The notes beneath the pieces were generated by a model. That model was not told the DNA's origin, made no database searches, and saw only the letters and a list, made by a program, of their open reading frames with translations. A DNA stretch of 63,548 bases, counting the filler, from an uncultured bacterium (GTDB taxonomy: Bacteria > DYJV01), in assembly GCA_964543655.1 (NCBI GenBank). It is 4 parts of 4 records of this genome, joined end to end, with 100 filler letters (N's around TTAATTAATTAA, not from the genome) between each part and the next. Parts side by side here need not be neighbours in the genome. Positions count along the whole stretch, not along the records: positions 25,343 to 44,702 come from CAZIZE010000065.1; positions 44,803 to 61,742 come from CAZIZE010000068.1; 2 more parts are not named here. One strand, 5' to 3'. Both the position numbers and the translations under genes were made by a program. Positions 40,884 to 50,721 of this stretch are shown here, in pieces. Numbering within the stretch: the stretch's first letter is position 1; every line of letters starts with the position of its first letter.

Positions 40884-43826
40884 TTATAAAAGTGCATCTA
40901 TTGATGAAATTACCTGTCTATCCTGCAAATCCCTTAAAAATGAAGCACCACTTGGGCAAGCAACAACACATGCACCACAGTTATCACATAAAAATGGATG
41001 AACAATTGCCTTTTTAGTAACAGGATCAAGAGCTCTTGCATTGTATGGACAAACATCAACACAGTAACCACATCCCACGCATTTGGTCTCATCAACCTCT
41101 GAAACAAATACACCATTTGGAGCTGGAATAGCTTTCTTGTTTAAAAATATTAAAGATTGACCTGCTGCCTGCCTTGCTGTAAGTAAAGTTTCATCTACAG
41201 TTCTTGGTGAAAGAGCAAAACCTATTGGAAATACACCATTTGTTTGTAGTTCAAAAGGTTTCATAAGTTTTTTAGCTGCTTCTTCGTATGGTCCCGGGGT
41301 AAGAGCAAAAAATCCATTATCATACAACTTTAATCCTGTCATTGCAGCAAGTTTTTTGTTTGTATCAATATCTGGCACAATGCCAACACTTATACCCACA
41401 GCATCACATTCTAAGATATGTTCATTATCAGTGCCATACTCTGTAACTTTAACCTTAAATTTATCTCCAACTTCTTCAACAACAGGGTATTTTTCATCAT
41501 AAAATCTAATGAAGTTAACTCCTTTATTTAATGCTTCAATGTAAAAATCTTCTTTAAAACCGTAAAGTTTTAAGTCTCTGTAAAGGATAGTAACATCAAC
41601 CCCTTTTTCCCTTAACTTGATTGCATTTTTTATAGCTTCTGAGCAACATATTCTTGAGCAATAAGGGGTATTTTTATTTCTTGAACCAACACATTGAATT
41701 ATAACTATTGATTTTTTATTAAAACTGTTTTCTTTTATTGCTCTTTCAATGTCCAACTGGTTAAAAACATTGGTGTTTTTGCCATAATTATAAGCATTTG
41801 TATCTCTGAGCTTTGCACCAGTGGCAATAAAAATAGCACCTGCATTAAGAACTTCACCATTGCTTAATGTTATTTTAAAATTTCCTGCATAACCTTTTAT
41901 GTTTGACACTTCACAGTTAAGATAGAGTGATATATTTTCATTTGACTTTATTTCATTAATCTGAGTTTGAATAAAGCTTTTTAAATCTCTCCCTTCAATA
42001 TCAGAATCAAGAGAAAAAGCAGTACCTCCTAATTTGTCACTTTTTTCTATTAATGAAACTTTTATCCCTCTCTTTGCCAATCTAATGGCAGCTTCCATAC
42101 CACCAACACCACCTCCCAATACAACAGCATTACCTGTAAATTTATCTGAAAGCCCGGGGAATGCAGAGGCATATTTTAATTTAAGAGCAGCTGCTCTAAT
42201 AAGAGAAAGAGCCTTTTCTATCTTCTTCTCTCTGTTCTCATGAACATTTACAACATCTTCCCTTAACCTAAGTAGTTCAGAGAGTAGAGGGTTAAGGCCA
42301 GCCATCATAACTGCTTTTCTAAATTTCATAAGCTTTTGTAATGGTGTACAAACTGCAAGAACAACCCTATTAACACCAGATTCTCTGATTTTTTTAGCTG
42401 TTTCCCCAATCATAGGTGGTGTACAACAAGATTCTATTATTTCTGCATGAGTTACATATGGCAATTTTAATGCTTCTTCTTTTAACTTATCAAGATCTAT
42501 TTTATCTCTAAATTTACCAAAACATGAGCATATAAACACACCAATTTTAACTTCTTCAGCAGAAACATCTCTAAAAGCTGGTGGTTTTGGTGGTGCTACA
42601 ACTGGTGCACCAAGATAATCAAGCATAAAAGGTACAGCACCGTAACCTTCCCACACTGTTTCTGGATTGCCAAGAGGGCCCGTGAATTCACCACCTGCAA
42701 AAATACCCTCAATACCTGTTTTAAAATTGGAAAAAGGCTCTATATGGCAAAATCCATGATTGTCCCCTTTGATACCACAAATCTTTTCAAGTTTTTTCAC
42801 TTCATTAATTGGTGCTTTTTGACCTGTAACTAAAATTGTAAGCTCAAATTCTGCATTATGTTCTTTGTCTCCTATTTTGTAAATAATTTCAATGTTGTGA
42901 TTTTCTGTTTCTTTTAAAAAAATATCATCTGCTTTTACTATATTTATTCCTTTATCTTTTGCCTCCATGTATAGCTTGTTATGTCCCTTACCAAACCCTC
43001 TAAAGTTTTTAAAAAATATGCTCACATGAGCATCAGGAAGTAGTTCTTTTAATTTTACAGCTCTATAAAGTGCAATATTTGTAGTATTACAATCTTCAAA
43101 TTCTGTACTATTATACTGAGGAGTAACAATTATTGAAAATGAATCTGGAATTTTTCCATTAGACTTTCTTTTAATTGAATCAATAATAAAACTTGTGGTG
43201 ACACCAGATGCAACAATTTCATTATTTTTTAAAACATTTTTAAATTTCTGGAATCCAAATCTTTCAAGGTCTCCCTTCTCAGGCTCAACATATTCTGGGG
43301 TAAGGTAAATAGCTCCAACTTCAACTTCAACTTCTTCAAATTTTTTACCAAGTTTTAATGCACCTGTGGGGCAAACTTCTTCACATTTTCCACAATTATT
43401 ACATTTATCCTCATCAATGTAATAAATATTTTCCCAGAAAATTTTAGGAATAACTTTTATAGCGTTCTGCTCGCAAACTTCAAAACATTTATTGCATTCA
43501 GTGCAGATAAAATTATTAACATATGGATCTTTTTTCTTAAATTTTACTTTAAAATTTCCTGGTTTTCCCTGAACATCAATTAGCTCTGAATTGTAAAAAA
43601 CTTGCAAAGCTCCAAGTCCAATGAACATTCTTTGTGGGCCAAAGGCACATGCCCAGCAGAGATCCATTGGAAGCTGCGACAAGACCTGATTCTTTACTTC
43701 GTCAACATATGAGCCCCGGTTAAGTAAAATAGATTTGTAACCAAGCTTGCCAAGTGCGTATATGGCTCTGTAACCTGCCATATTGGTACCATAAACGAGA
43801 ACTGTGCTGTTTTGAGGGGAAGACAT
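40884..43826 (-). CDS. hdrA: Large double-module HdrA-like flavoprotein
   Basis: Degenerate N-terminal FAD module (GTNMAG) with ferredoxin insert; second module GVFICSC, GGGVGG, CVGSRN..YCSRICC; C-terminal ferredoxin. Confidence 0.85.
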   Translation of the reverse strand: MSSPQNSTVLVYGTNMAGYRAIYALGKLGYKSILLNRGSYVDEVKNQVLSQLPMDLCWACAFGPQRMFIGLGALQVFYNSELIDVQGKPGNFKVKFKKKDPYVNNFICTECNKCFEVCEQNAIKVIPKIFWENIYYIDEDKCNNCGKCEEVCPTGALKLGKKFEEVEVEVGAIYLTPEYVEPEKGDLERFGFQKFKNVLKNNEIVASGVTTSFIIDSIKRKSNGKIPDSFSIIVTPQYNSTEFEDCNTTNIALYRAVKLKELLPDAHVSIFFKNFRGFGKGHNKLYMEAKDKGINIVKADDIFLKETENHNIEIIYKIGDKEHNAEFELTILVTGQKAPINEVKKLEKICGIKGDNHGFCHIEPFSNFKTGIEGIFAGGEFTGPLGNPETVWEGYGAVPFMLDYLGAPVVAPPKPPAFRDVSAEEVKIGVFICSCFGKFRDKIDLDKLKEEALKLPYVTHAEIIESCCTPPMIGETAKKIRESGVNRVVLAVCTPLQKLMKFRKAVMMAGLNPLLSELLRLREDVVNVHENREKKIEKALSLIRAAALKLKYASAFPGLSDKFTGNAVVLGGGVGGMEAAIRLAKRGIKVSLIEKSDKLGGTAFSLDSDIEGRDLKSFIQTQINEIKSNENISLYLNCEVSNIKGYAGNFKITLSNGEVLNAGAIFIATGAKLRDTNAYNYGKNTNVFNQLDIERAIKENSFNKKSIVIIQCVGSRNKNTPYCSRICCSEAIKNAIKLREKGVDVTILYRDLKLYGFKEDFYIEALNKGVNFIRFYDEKYPVVEEVGDKFKVKVTEYGTDNEHILECDAVGISVGIVPDIDTNKKLAAMTGLKLYDNGFFALTPGPYEEAAKKLMKPFELQTNGVFPIGFALSPRTVDETLLTARQAAGQSLIFLNKKAIPAPNGVFVSEVDETKCVGCGYCVDVCPYNARALDPVTKKAIVHPFLCDNCGACVVACPSGASFLRDLQDRQVISSIDALL

Positions 43827-44036
43827 GTAGTTTACCTCCTTATGTTAAGGTTCAGGCTTTTGAAGACAACTATTATGTATACTTTATATTTAATACATAA
43901 ACTGAAACAATATTGCAAGAAAAAATTAGAATAATAAATTTTTTCACATATTTTCTATAGTTACCTTTTCATATACTAATTTTTAATTGGAAATTAGAAA
44001 CTGATAAGATTTTCTGCTGAAAGTTTTCATTTAATA

Positions 44037-44238
44037 AAGACCTTTGCACGGTATTTCTATTAATATGGTAAATTTTTTATTTAATATTAAGCACTTATGG
44101 ATTCTTCGGTCATTTCACTCCCTCAGAATGACCTCAAAAAGTCATTCTGAGCAAAGCGAAGAATCCATTATAACTGTTTGTTTTTACATGTATATTTATT
44201 TTATGAAATTTTGCTATTATTTATCGTGCAAAGCTTTC
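44037..44238. mobile_element. MITE-like element, family 1 (about 200 bp), with an internal hairpin
   Basis: TIRs AAGACCTTTGCACG / CGTGCAAAGCTTTC; TAATA on both flanks; hairpin at 44097-44168. Confidence 0.75.
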
Positions 44239-44258
44239 TAATAGATTATGGAAATGAA

Positions 44259-44383
44259 TAATACAAAACCAACTTTATAGCAAAAGATTTTTCGGGATGA
44301 AGCCCTTACTTAGTTTACAGTTATCAGTTATCAGTTCAAAGTTACATTAGGATTTGGTAGGGCAATTCATGAATTGCCCATAC
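44259..44383 (+). repeat. Composite repeat: family-2 terminus, AGTTATC heptamers and a GTAG REP (44357-44383)
   Basis: Matches the reverse complements of 16951-17006 and 17104-17207. Confidence 0.8.
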
Positions 44384-44702
44384 CTAATTCCCACCTGTAT
44401 TTGGAAATATTCCTCTCGCTACTATCAAAATTTATACCTATAAGATATATCTTCTTATTTTCATTTAAATATTTCTCATAATACCTCTTCTCTTTTATCT
44501 GCTTTATCGGCTCTTCCTTCTTATCAACCTTAAACTCTATTATCAATATCTTATCCCTCAGCTTCAATGTTAAATCTATCCTGCCCTTGCTTGTTACATC
44601 CTCTGCTATTACTTCGTATCCAAGCGCCATTAAATATACAAAAAATACACTGCTATAGTATCCTTCATATTGCGATATTATGTTATTTACATAATTAGTG
44701 TA
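44367..44702 (-). CDS. C-terminal PD-(D/E)XK (PDDEXK_9) domain of an AAA-ATPase-like protein, cut by the contig end
   Basis: Frame is open to the contig end: YEGYYSSVF..ALG..EDVTSKGRIDL...IEFK...QIKEKRYYEKY. Confidence 0.85.
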   Translation of the reverse strand, partial: YTNYVNNIISQYEGYYSSVFFVYLMALGYEVIAEDVTSKGRIDLTLKLRDKILIIEFKVDKKEEPIKQIKEKRYYEKYLNENKKIYLIGINFDSSERNISKYRWELGMGNS

Positions 44703-44802
44703 NNNNNNNNNNNNNNNNNNNNNNNNNNNNNNNNNNNNNNNNNNNNTTAATTAATTAANNNNNNNNNNNNNNNNNNNNNNNNNNNNNNNNNNNNNNNNNN
44801 NN
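44703..44802. other. Artificial contig linker
   Basis: N44-TTAATTAATTAA-N44. Confidence 0.97.
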
Positions 44803-46657
44803 GGAGCCATTTTAAAATCTCTTTAAGTTCAGCTATTCTTTTTTTGTTAAGGTCAGTATCTGTAAAATATATTTCATAAAATTTAGAAACAAATTTTTCT
44901 GCCTGAAATTTAAGCTCACTATCATCTATTCTATCAATTAACTCATAAAGAGATTCATTACTTTTTCTTTTATAACCTGATTTCTCAAGTTTATTTAGAA
45001 AAATTTCAATTAAACCTTTATCTTTCCTGTTAATTATCTTTTGTTTTGTAAGTTTAAAAACTATAAATAAAAGAAAAAATAACAATATTCCATAACAGAG
45101 AAATTTAAAAAAAATTTTAAAAAATTTTTTATTAAAATTTAAATATGCAATTTTTTTAAAAATTTGAAATTGGGTATTAAAATCATAATTTATAAAATGA
45201 GTTATCCAAAAGTAGTTTATAAAATCTAATATCAATTTAAAATCTAAATATTTTCTGATGTTATTAGCCTGAAATCTATTTTTCGCAAAATTTACTGGAT
45301 CAATCCTTACCCACCTTTTCTTTATATATGCTTCTACCCACACATGAGCATCTTTTTGTGTAACAATGTAATAATTCCCCAAATTTGAATAGATACCACC
45401 TTTATAACCTGCAATTATTCTTGAAGGGATTTTAATCAGCCTGAGCAATATTGCAAAAGCTGATGCAAAGTATTCACAATTACCTTTTTTGGTTTTAAAA
45501 AGGAAATCAGTTGTGGGATGTTGAGAAAAAGGAAGACCTTTTAAAGTGTACGTTAGATTCTGATTTTTAAAAAATGTTTTTATATCAGAAATTGTTTTTA
45601 TTCTCCTTTTCAATGATAATAATTTTTCTGGAAGATTTTCCGGTAACTGAAGATAAATCTTTCTATCTATTTTATTTATTTTATAATTTTTCGTTGCAAT
45701 AGAATAAGCTTTATATTTTAATCTTTTATTAATGTTTTTACAATATTCAAAAGTTAAATTTTTAAACTTTTTTACTTTTTTTAAATCTATTTCAACAGGT
45801 TTATCAAGTGCAAAAAGATACTTGTTGTAATAAGGTTCAAGATAAATTAATTGTTTTATTTTACGATATTTACCTTTTATCCTCAATTTTTCCACTGGTT
45901 GTTCTATGTTCTTTTCCCATGTTTTACCATTAAATCTACTAAGTACAATGCCTCTCCAGTAAAGATTTTTCTCTGAAATTTTTTCCATTTCAACTCTAAA
46001 AACCACAGAATCATCCTCTTGAATTGCGGTTACATCACCAAGCTGTATTTTGTCTGAGAATCCAGTAACAGCTTGATTGGAATTGTTAAATAAGTTGAAA
46101 AAAGGAGTCTCCACTCTTGGTAAAATAATAAATATAAAAAGCGCTATAGGCAAAGAAAGCAGGAAAATAAAAAAAGTTTTATAAGAGATTGTAAGAATAT
46201 CTTTTTTATTCAAAAAAAGATTTTTATCCTCATCAAAATAGGTAAGAAAAATAGTTGCAAGTGAAAGAAGTATTAACATTATAATTAAATAAAATAAGAA
46301 TGTTATACTAACTGATAAAAGAGCAAAACCTGCAAGCAACAAAAGACTAATAAGATAAATCTGCATATAATCTCTATATTCTTTATTTTCCAAAAATTTA
46401 ACAGATATTAGAATTATTAAAGCATTTAAAATTGGTATAATAAAATTTTCCATAGAGATATTTAATAAAGATAAGAAAACAAATATAATAGATAAAACAT
46501 TTAAGAAAAATCTTCTTTTAAAAGTAAATTTTATTGACACAAAACCTGAAAACAATGCAACTGCAATGTATTGAGATGGTATATATTTTATCAATGGAAT
46601 AATAGCAATAGAAGCTATTAAATAAGTTATTAAATCAATAATTGTCCCTATTTTCAT
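44803..46657 (-). CDS. tgpA: Transglutaminase TgpA family protein (DUF3488 plus transglutaminase core), 3' end cut
   Basis: N-terminal TM helices, LYWRG, GNCEYFASA, DAHVWVE, RIDP. Confidence 0.9.
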
Positions 46658-46661
46658 AAAT

Positions 46662-47525
46662 TTATCCTAAATTATAAAGTGCAAGTGCTCTTAACATACT
46701 TTTTCTATTTGTATATATTTCTTTATTTAATTTTAAATTAACACAAATCCCTTTTCTTTCCAGCTTTATGATGAGATATGTTATAATTGATAACTTTTTT
46801 TCAATATTGTTAATATTAATTTTTTCAAAATCAATTAAAATAGAATTTCTAATTTCTGACGATAACTCTTTTACCATAAATTTATCTAATTTAGCAGAAG
46901 ATTTCCAGTGAATTAGTTTAATAGGGTCATTGTTATACTCCCGAATAAACAATAATTCTCCACTAATTCCCCTATTTGAGATATTACTATCAGAAATAAA
47001 AGTTTGTTCTCCATTTGAAAAAATTGTTTGAATTAAAGGTGAATATTCAGGTTCTGGAAACACTATCTTTTCTTTATTTAAAATTATACGACTATATCTT
47101 ATGAAAAAATTATAAGGAAAAGTAGAGGATATTTTAGCATGTTTTATAGCTACATTGCCTCTTTTAGGAAAATATGTAGAAATAGTTTTTGTTTTAAAAT
47201 TTTTACAATTTACAAAAGGGAAAAGTAAACTCTGGTCAAAAATATGAACCTTTATTAAAAAAGCTGGTAAAAAACCTCTATTATTTACAACAGAAACTTT
47301 TACAGGAATTTTAGTCTTAGCAAAGATTTCTTCAGGAAATTCCAATTTAATCTCTAAATTATTAATATTTCTTTTTCCAAAAAAACCAGATATTGCCATG
47401 AATCCAAGAAGAGTAGAGGTGATAAGATAGATTAAATTATTTCCAGTATTAATCCCAGCAAAACCCAGAAATATGGTTAAAACAATAAATATAAAACCAG
47501 ATTTTTTTATTTTAATAATTTTCAT
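46662..47525 (-). CDS. DUF58 domain protein
   Basis: INTGNNLIYL, IREY and IHWKSSAK motifs. Confidence 0.85.
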   Translation of the reverse strand: MKIIKIKKSGFIFIVLTIFLGFAGINTGNNLIYLITSTLLGFMAISGFFGKRNINNLEIKLEFPEEIFAKTKIPVKVSVVNNRGFLPAFLIKVHIFDQSLLFPFVNCKNFKTKTISTYFPKRGNVAIKHAKISSTFPYNFFIRYSRIILNKEKIVFPEPEYSPLIQTIFSNGEQTFISDSNISNRGISGELLFIREYNNDPIKLIHWKSSAKLDKFMVKELSSEIRNSILIDFEKININNIEKKLSIITYLIIKLERKGICVNLKLNKEIYTNRKSMLRALALYNLG

Positions 47526-47657
47526 AATTTAAAAAATAATTTCTAACATAAAATCCACACCATTGCAACCTTTTTAAATAATATCAAGATGTTATATAGA
47601 ACACTTTTGAAATCATCAATAGATTTGGCTCGTATAGAACTAAATATAAAATCTTAA

Positions 47658-47673
47658 TGGTATATAATTTGCA
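47658..47673 (+). promoter_or_regulatory. Sigma54-type -24/-12 promoter of amtB
   Basis: TGGTAT-ATAAT-TTGCA (GG-N10-GC), about 40 nt upstream of the ATG. Confidence 0.65.
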
Positions 47674-47710
47674 CCTGTTTATCTCCAAAAATGAATAATG
47701 GAGGTTTTCT

Positions 47711-48994
47711 ATGAAGTATCTTTTAACAGCTCTATTTGCTATTATTATTTTTGCAACAAATGCTTGGTGTGCAACAACTAATTCTATTAATCCTGTTGAT
47801 ACTTGCTTTATGCTTGTATCTGCTGCACTTGTTCTTGTAATGACACCAGCTCTGGCTTTATTCTATGGGGGGCTTGTTAGAAAGAAAAATGTGCTTTCTA
47901 CAATTATGCACAGTCTTGTAGCAATGGGAATTTTGACCATTGAATGGGTAGTTATTGGTTATTCCCTTTCATTTGGAGGGGATGTTGGTGGAATTATTGG
48001 AAATTTAAAATACCTATTTCTCAGTGGAGTTGGTTATGCTCCATCCAATTTTGCACCAACCATTCCAGCAGCTGTTTTTATGATTTATCAATGTATGTTT
48101 GCAATAATTACTCCTGCTCTTATTTCAGGTGCTATAGCAGAGAGAATTAAATTTTCTGCTTATCTGCTTTTCATAATTCTCTGGTCTTTATTTGTATATT
48201 ATCCTGCTGTCCACTGGATTTGGGGTGGAGGCTGGCTTGCTAAACTTGGTGTTGCTGACTTTGCAGGAGGGCTTGTTGTTCATGCAACCTGTGGTGTTTC
48301 AGCACTGGTAGCTGCAATACTCGTTACAAAAAGAAAAACTTTTCTTAAAGAACCTGTTTTTCCACATCATATACCAATGGTTGTTTTAGGTGCAGGATTA
48401 CTTTGGTTTGGCTGGTTCGGATTTAATGCTGGAAGTGCTTTAAGTGTGAATTCTGTTGCTGTTAATGCATTTTTAACCACTCATATTTCAGCTGCAACAG
48501 CCCTTTTTGTTTGGTTATTAATTGAATGGGTAAAAAATGGCAAACCTACTGTTCTTGGTGGTGCAACAGGTGCAGTTGCTGGTCTTGCAACTATTACTCC
48601 TGCATCAGGTTTTGTATCTCCTCTATTTGCAATAGTAATAGGTTTTCTCTCTGCTGTTATATGTTTTTATGCTATTCAATTTAAAGAAAAATTTAAATAT
48701 GATGACTCTCTTGATGTTTTTGGTGTTCATGGAATTGGAGGTATCCTTGGTACATTATCTCTTGGGCTTTTTGCACAAAAAAGTATTAATGGCATAAATG
48801 GCCTATTTTATGGAAGTGCTAAGACTTTTTTAGTTCAACTTATTGGAACTGTTGTAATAGTTGTATATTCTCTTATTGCAACATTTATTATTTTAAAAGT
48901 AATAGGTGCTTTACTTGGAGGATTGAAAGTTTCTGAAGAAGATGAGGCTATGGGTCTTGATGTTTCAGAACATGGTGAAAAAGCGTATAATTAA
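47711..48994 (+). CDS. amtB: Ammonium transporter
   Basis: LALFYGG, DFAGGLVVH, LLWFGWFGFNAGS and DDSLDVFGVHG motifs. Confidence 0.96.
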   Translation: MKYLLTALFAIIIFATNAWCATTNSINPVDTCFMLVSAALVLVMTPALALFYGGLVRKKNVLSTIMHSLVAMGILTIEWVVIGYSLSFGGDVGGIIGNLKYLFLSGVGYAPSNFAPTIPAAVFMIYQCMFAIITPALISGAIAERIKFSAYLLFIILWSLFVYYPAVHWIWGGGWLAKLGVADFAGGLVVHATCGVSALVAAILVTKRKTFLKEPVFPHHIPMVVLGAGLLWFGWFGFNAGSALSVNSVAVNAFLTTHISAATALFVWLLIEWVKNGKPTVLGGATGAVAGLATITPASGFVSPLFAIVIGFLSAVICFYAIQFKEKFKYDDSLDVFGVHGIGGILGTLSLGLFAQKSINGINGLFYGSAKTFLVQLIGTVVIVVYSLIATFIILKVIGALLGGLKVSEEDEAMGLDVSEHGEKAYN

Positions 48995-49040
48995 TTGATA
49001 GTTGAGAGATATAGATTATTTACTTAAAACATGAACAATG

Positions 49041-49076
49041 AATAAAAAGGGCAACATTCTGTTGCCCATTTTTATT
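49041..49076. terminator. Bidirectional intrinsic terminator
   Basis: AATAAAAAGGGCAAC-ATTCT-GTTGCCCATTTTTATT. Confidence 0.8.
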
Positions 49077-49096
49077 AAATAACAAAATCAAATTAA

Positions 49097-49135
49097 ACAA
49101 AATTGTATCACAGGAAGGATTTGATACAATTTTGT
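49097..49135. repeat. Perfect 14-bp inverted repeat
   Basis: ACAAAATTGTATCA-N11-TGATACAATTTTGT. Confidence 0.7.
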
Positions 49136-49141
49136 CTGATT

Positions 49142-49930
49142 TTATTCAAAGTTTGGTTTTCTTTTTTCAATAAAAGAATTAACAGCCTCTTTCATATCAT
49201 TTGTGGTGGTTGACTGAATAATTCCCTCTTTTTCCATTTCAATATACTCTTCAAAAGAAACCTTCTCACCTTGCACAAACAATTGCTTAGTCAAAACATT
49301 TGCTTTATAAGGTCCATTTGCAATTTTTTCAGCAAGATCATTAACGTATTTTTCACCAATTTCACTATCAACAACTTTGCTTAAAATCCCCCACATGTTA
49401 GCTTCTTTAGCAGATATTGGCTCATTGGAGAGAAAAAACCATAATGTCCTTGGTAATCCAGCATTTTTTAATACAACATAACTTGAGCCACCATCAGGAG
49501 TTGTAGCAAGTCCATTGTATGCTCCAATAAATGAGGAACGTTCTGTGGCAATGCTAATATCTGTATTTAATGCCAATGATAAACCAACACCAGCACAGAT
49601 TCCATCTACAAAACTTATAATAATTTTATCCATCTTTTTCATTAAAAGTACTGTGGCATTCAGGTATAAAATTAAATCTTCTACAAGCTCAGTAAATTTA
49701 CCTTTATCTACTGCTTGCTTAAATTGTTTTATATCGCCACCTGCTGAAAAAGCTTTGCCAGTGGATTTGATAATAACCACTCTAATTTCCCTGTCCCACT
49801 TTATTTGCTTCATTACATTGTATAATTCAAGAGCTAATTCTTTACCATAAGGATTATAAGCATTGGGATTATTTAAAGTAATTTCAGCTATTCTACCTTT
49901 TTTGTTAAACTTTATAACATTGAAATCCAT
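49142..49930 (-). CDS. Enoyl-CoA hydratase/isomerase family protein (PaaG-like)
   Basis: AFSAGGDI, GICAGVG and PDGG motifs. Confidence 0.88.
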   Translation of the reverse strand: MDFNVIKFNKKGRIAEITLNNPNAYNPYGKELALELYNVMKQIKWDREIRVVIIKSTGKAFSAGGDIKQFKQAVDKGKFTELVEDLILYLNATVLLMKKMDKIIISFVDGICAGVGLSLALNTDISIATERSSFIGAYNGLATTPDGGSSYVVLKNAGLPRTLWFFLSNEPISAKEANMWGILSKVVDSEIGEKYVNDLAEKIANGPYKANVLTKQLFVQGEKVSFEEYIEMEKEGIIQSTTTNDMKEAVNSFIEKRKPNFE

Positions 49931-49945
49931 AAATCCTCCTTTAAA

Positions 49946-50719
49946 TTACTCATTTTCTCTACAAATTATTCTATTTTTTAAAATCCATCCTTCTAAACCA
50001 TCAGGTAATTTAACTTTAAAAAAGTTATTGTTTTTACTCAGTATAAAAACTTGAGTCCCATCATTTAATGTTGCTATATTATTGGCATTTAAATTAAAAT
50101 CATCTTTTACCTCTGTGTTACTTTTTGTAATATATCCCAAATTTAAAAATCTATACTTATAATATTGAAAAGCAAAATTACCAGCAAAAATTATCCAACT
50201 AATTCCTGCTATAATAACAGCTCTCTTTGCCAGATACCTGTATTTTAAATTAATTACAAAATTTTTCAATATCAATGATAATATTAAGAACCAGAATAGA
50301 AAAGATGTAATGTAAAAATTTATTTTTATTGAAAAAATATCTCCAAGTATAAAAAAAGAATTTAGATAATGAAAAAATGTTTTATTTGCTATATTATCCT
50401 CTACCTTGCTAATTGCTATCTGAATATTTTTATTCAAAGAGCTATTTAATGGAATAAAAAATTTTGCCTTGTTATACCAGTAAAGTGCTTTGCCCAATTT
50501 ACCCTCTTTTAAATAGCATGTGCCAATATTATAAAATAGGTAACCATTTGAAATTCCATGCTTATAAATATTTTTGTAAAGATTAACTGCTTTATTATAT
50601 TCTCTTTTGTGAAATAGATTGTTTGCTTTTGAAAATTCCAGATAAACTTTACTGTTATTGGAAGCAAAAATTGTTGTAACAAAAAGAAGAAATAAACAAA
50701 TCTTAAAAATAAACTTCAT
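49946..50719 (-). CDS. batE: BatE-like protein (TPR, TM, SH3)
   Basis: TPR 'LFYNIGTCY'; C-terminal SH3 'KVKLPDGLEGWI'; operon position. Confidence 0.8.
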   Translation of the reverse strand: MKFIFKICLFLLFVTTIFASNNSKVYLEFSKANNLFHKREYNKAVNLYKNIYKHGISNGYLFYNIGTCYLKEGKLGKALYWYNKAKFFIPLNSSLNKNIQIAISKVEDNIANKTFFHYLNSFFILGDIFSIKINFYITSFLFWFLILSLILKNFVINLKYRYLAKRAVIIAGISWIIFAGNFAFQYYKYRFLNLGYITKSNTEVKDDFNLNANNIATLNDGTQVFILSKNNNFFKVKLPDGLEGWILKNRIICRENE

Positions 50720-50721
50720 TA

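Noticed and set aside
34600-43826. Possible selenocysteine read-through in mvhD or hdrA
   Set aside because: The ORFs are full length with Cys at the usual Sec positions (CNWC, GCHPGDC, LDCAAC); no in-frame UGA is needed.
44044-44241. 65-aa ORF, and similar ORFs at 34456-34638 and 16839-17060
   Set aside because: They lie within palindromic or MITE-like repeats and have no convincing SD or protein-like composition.
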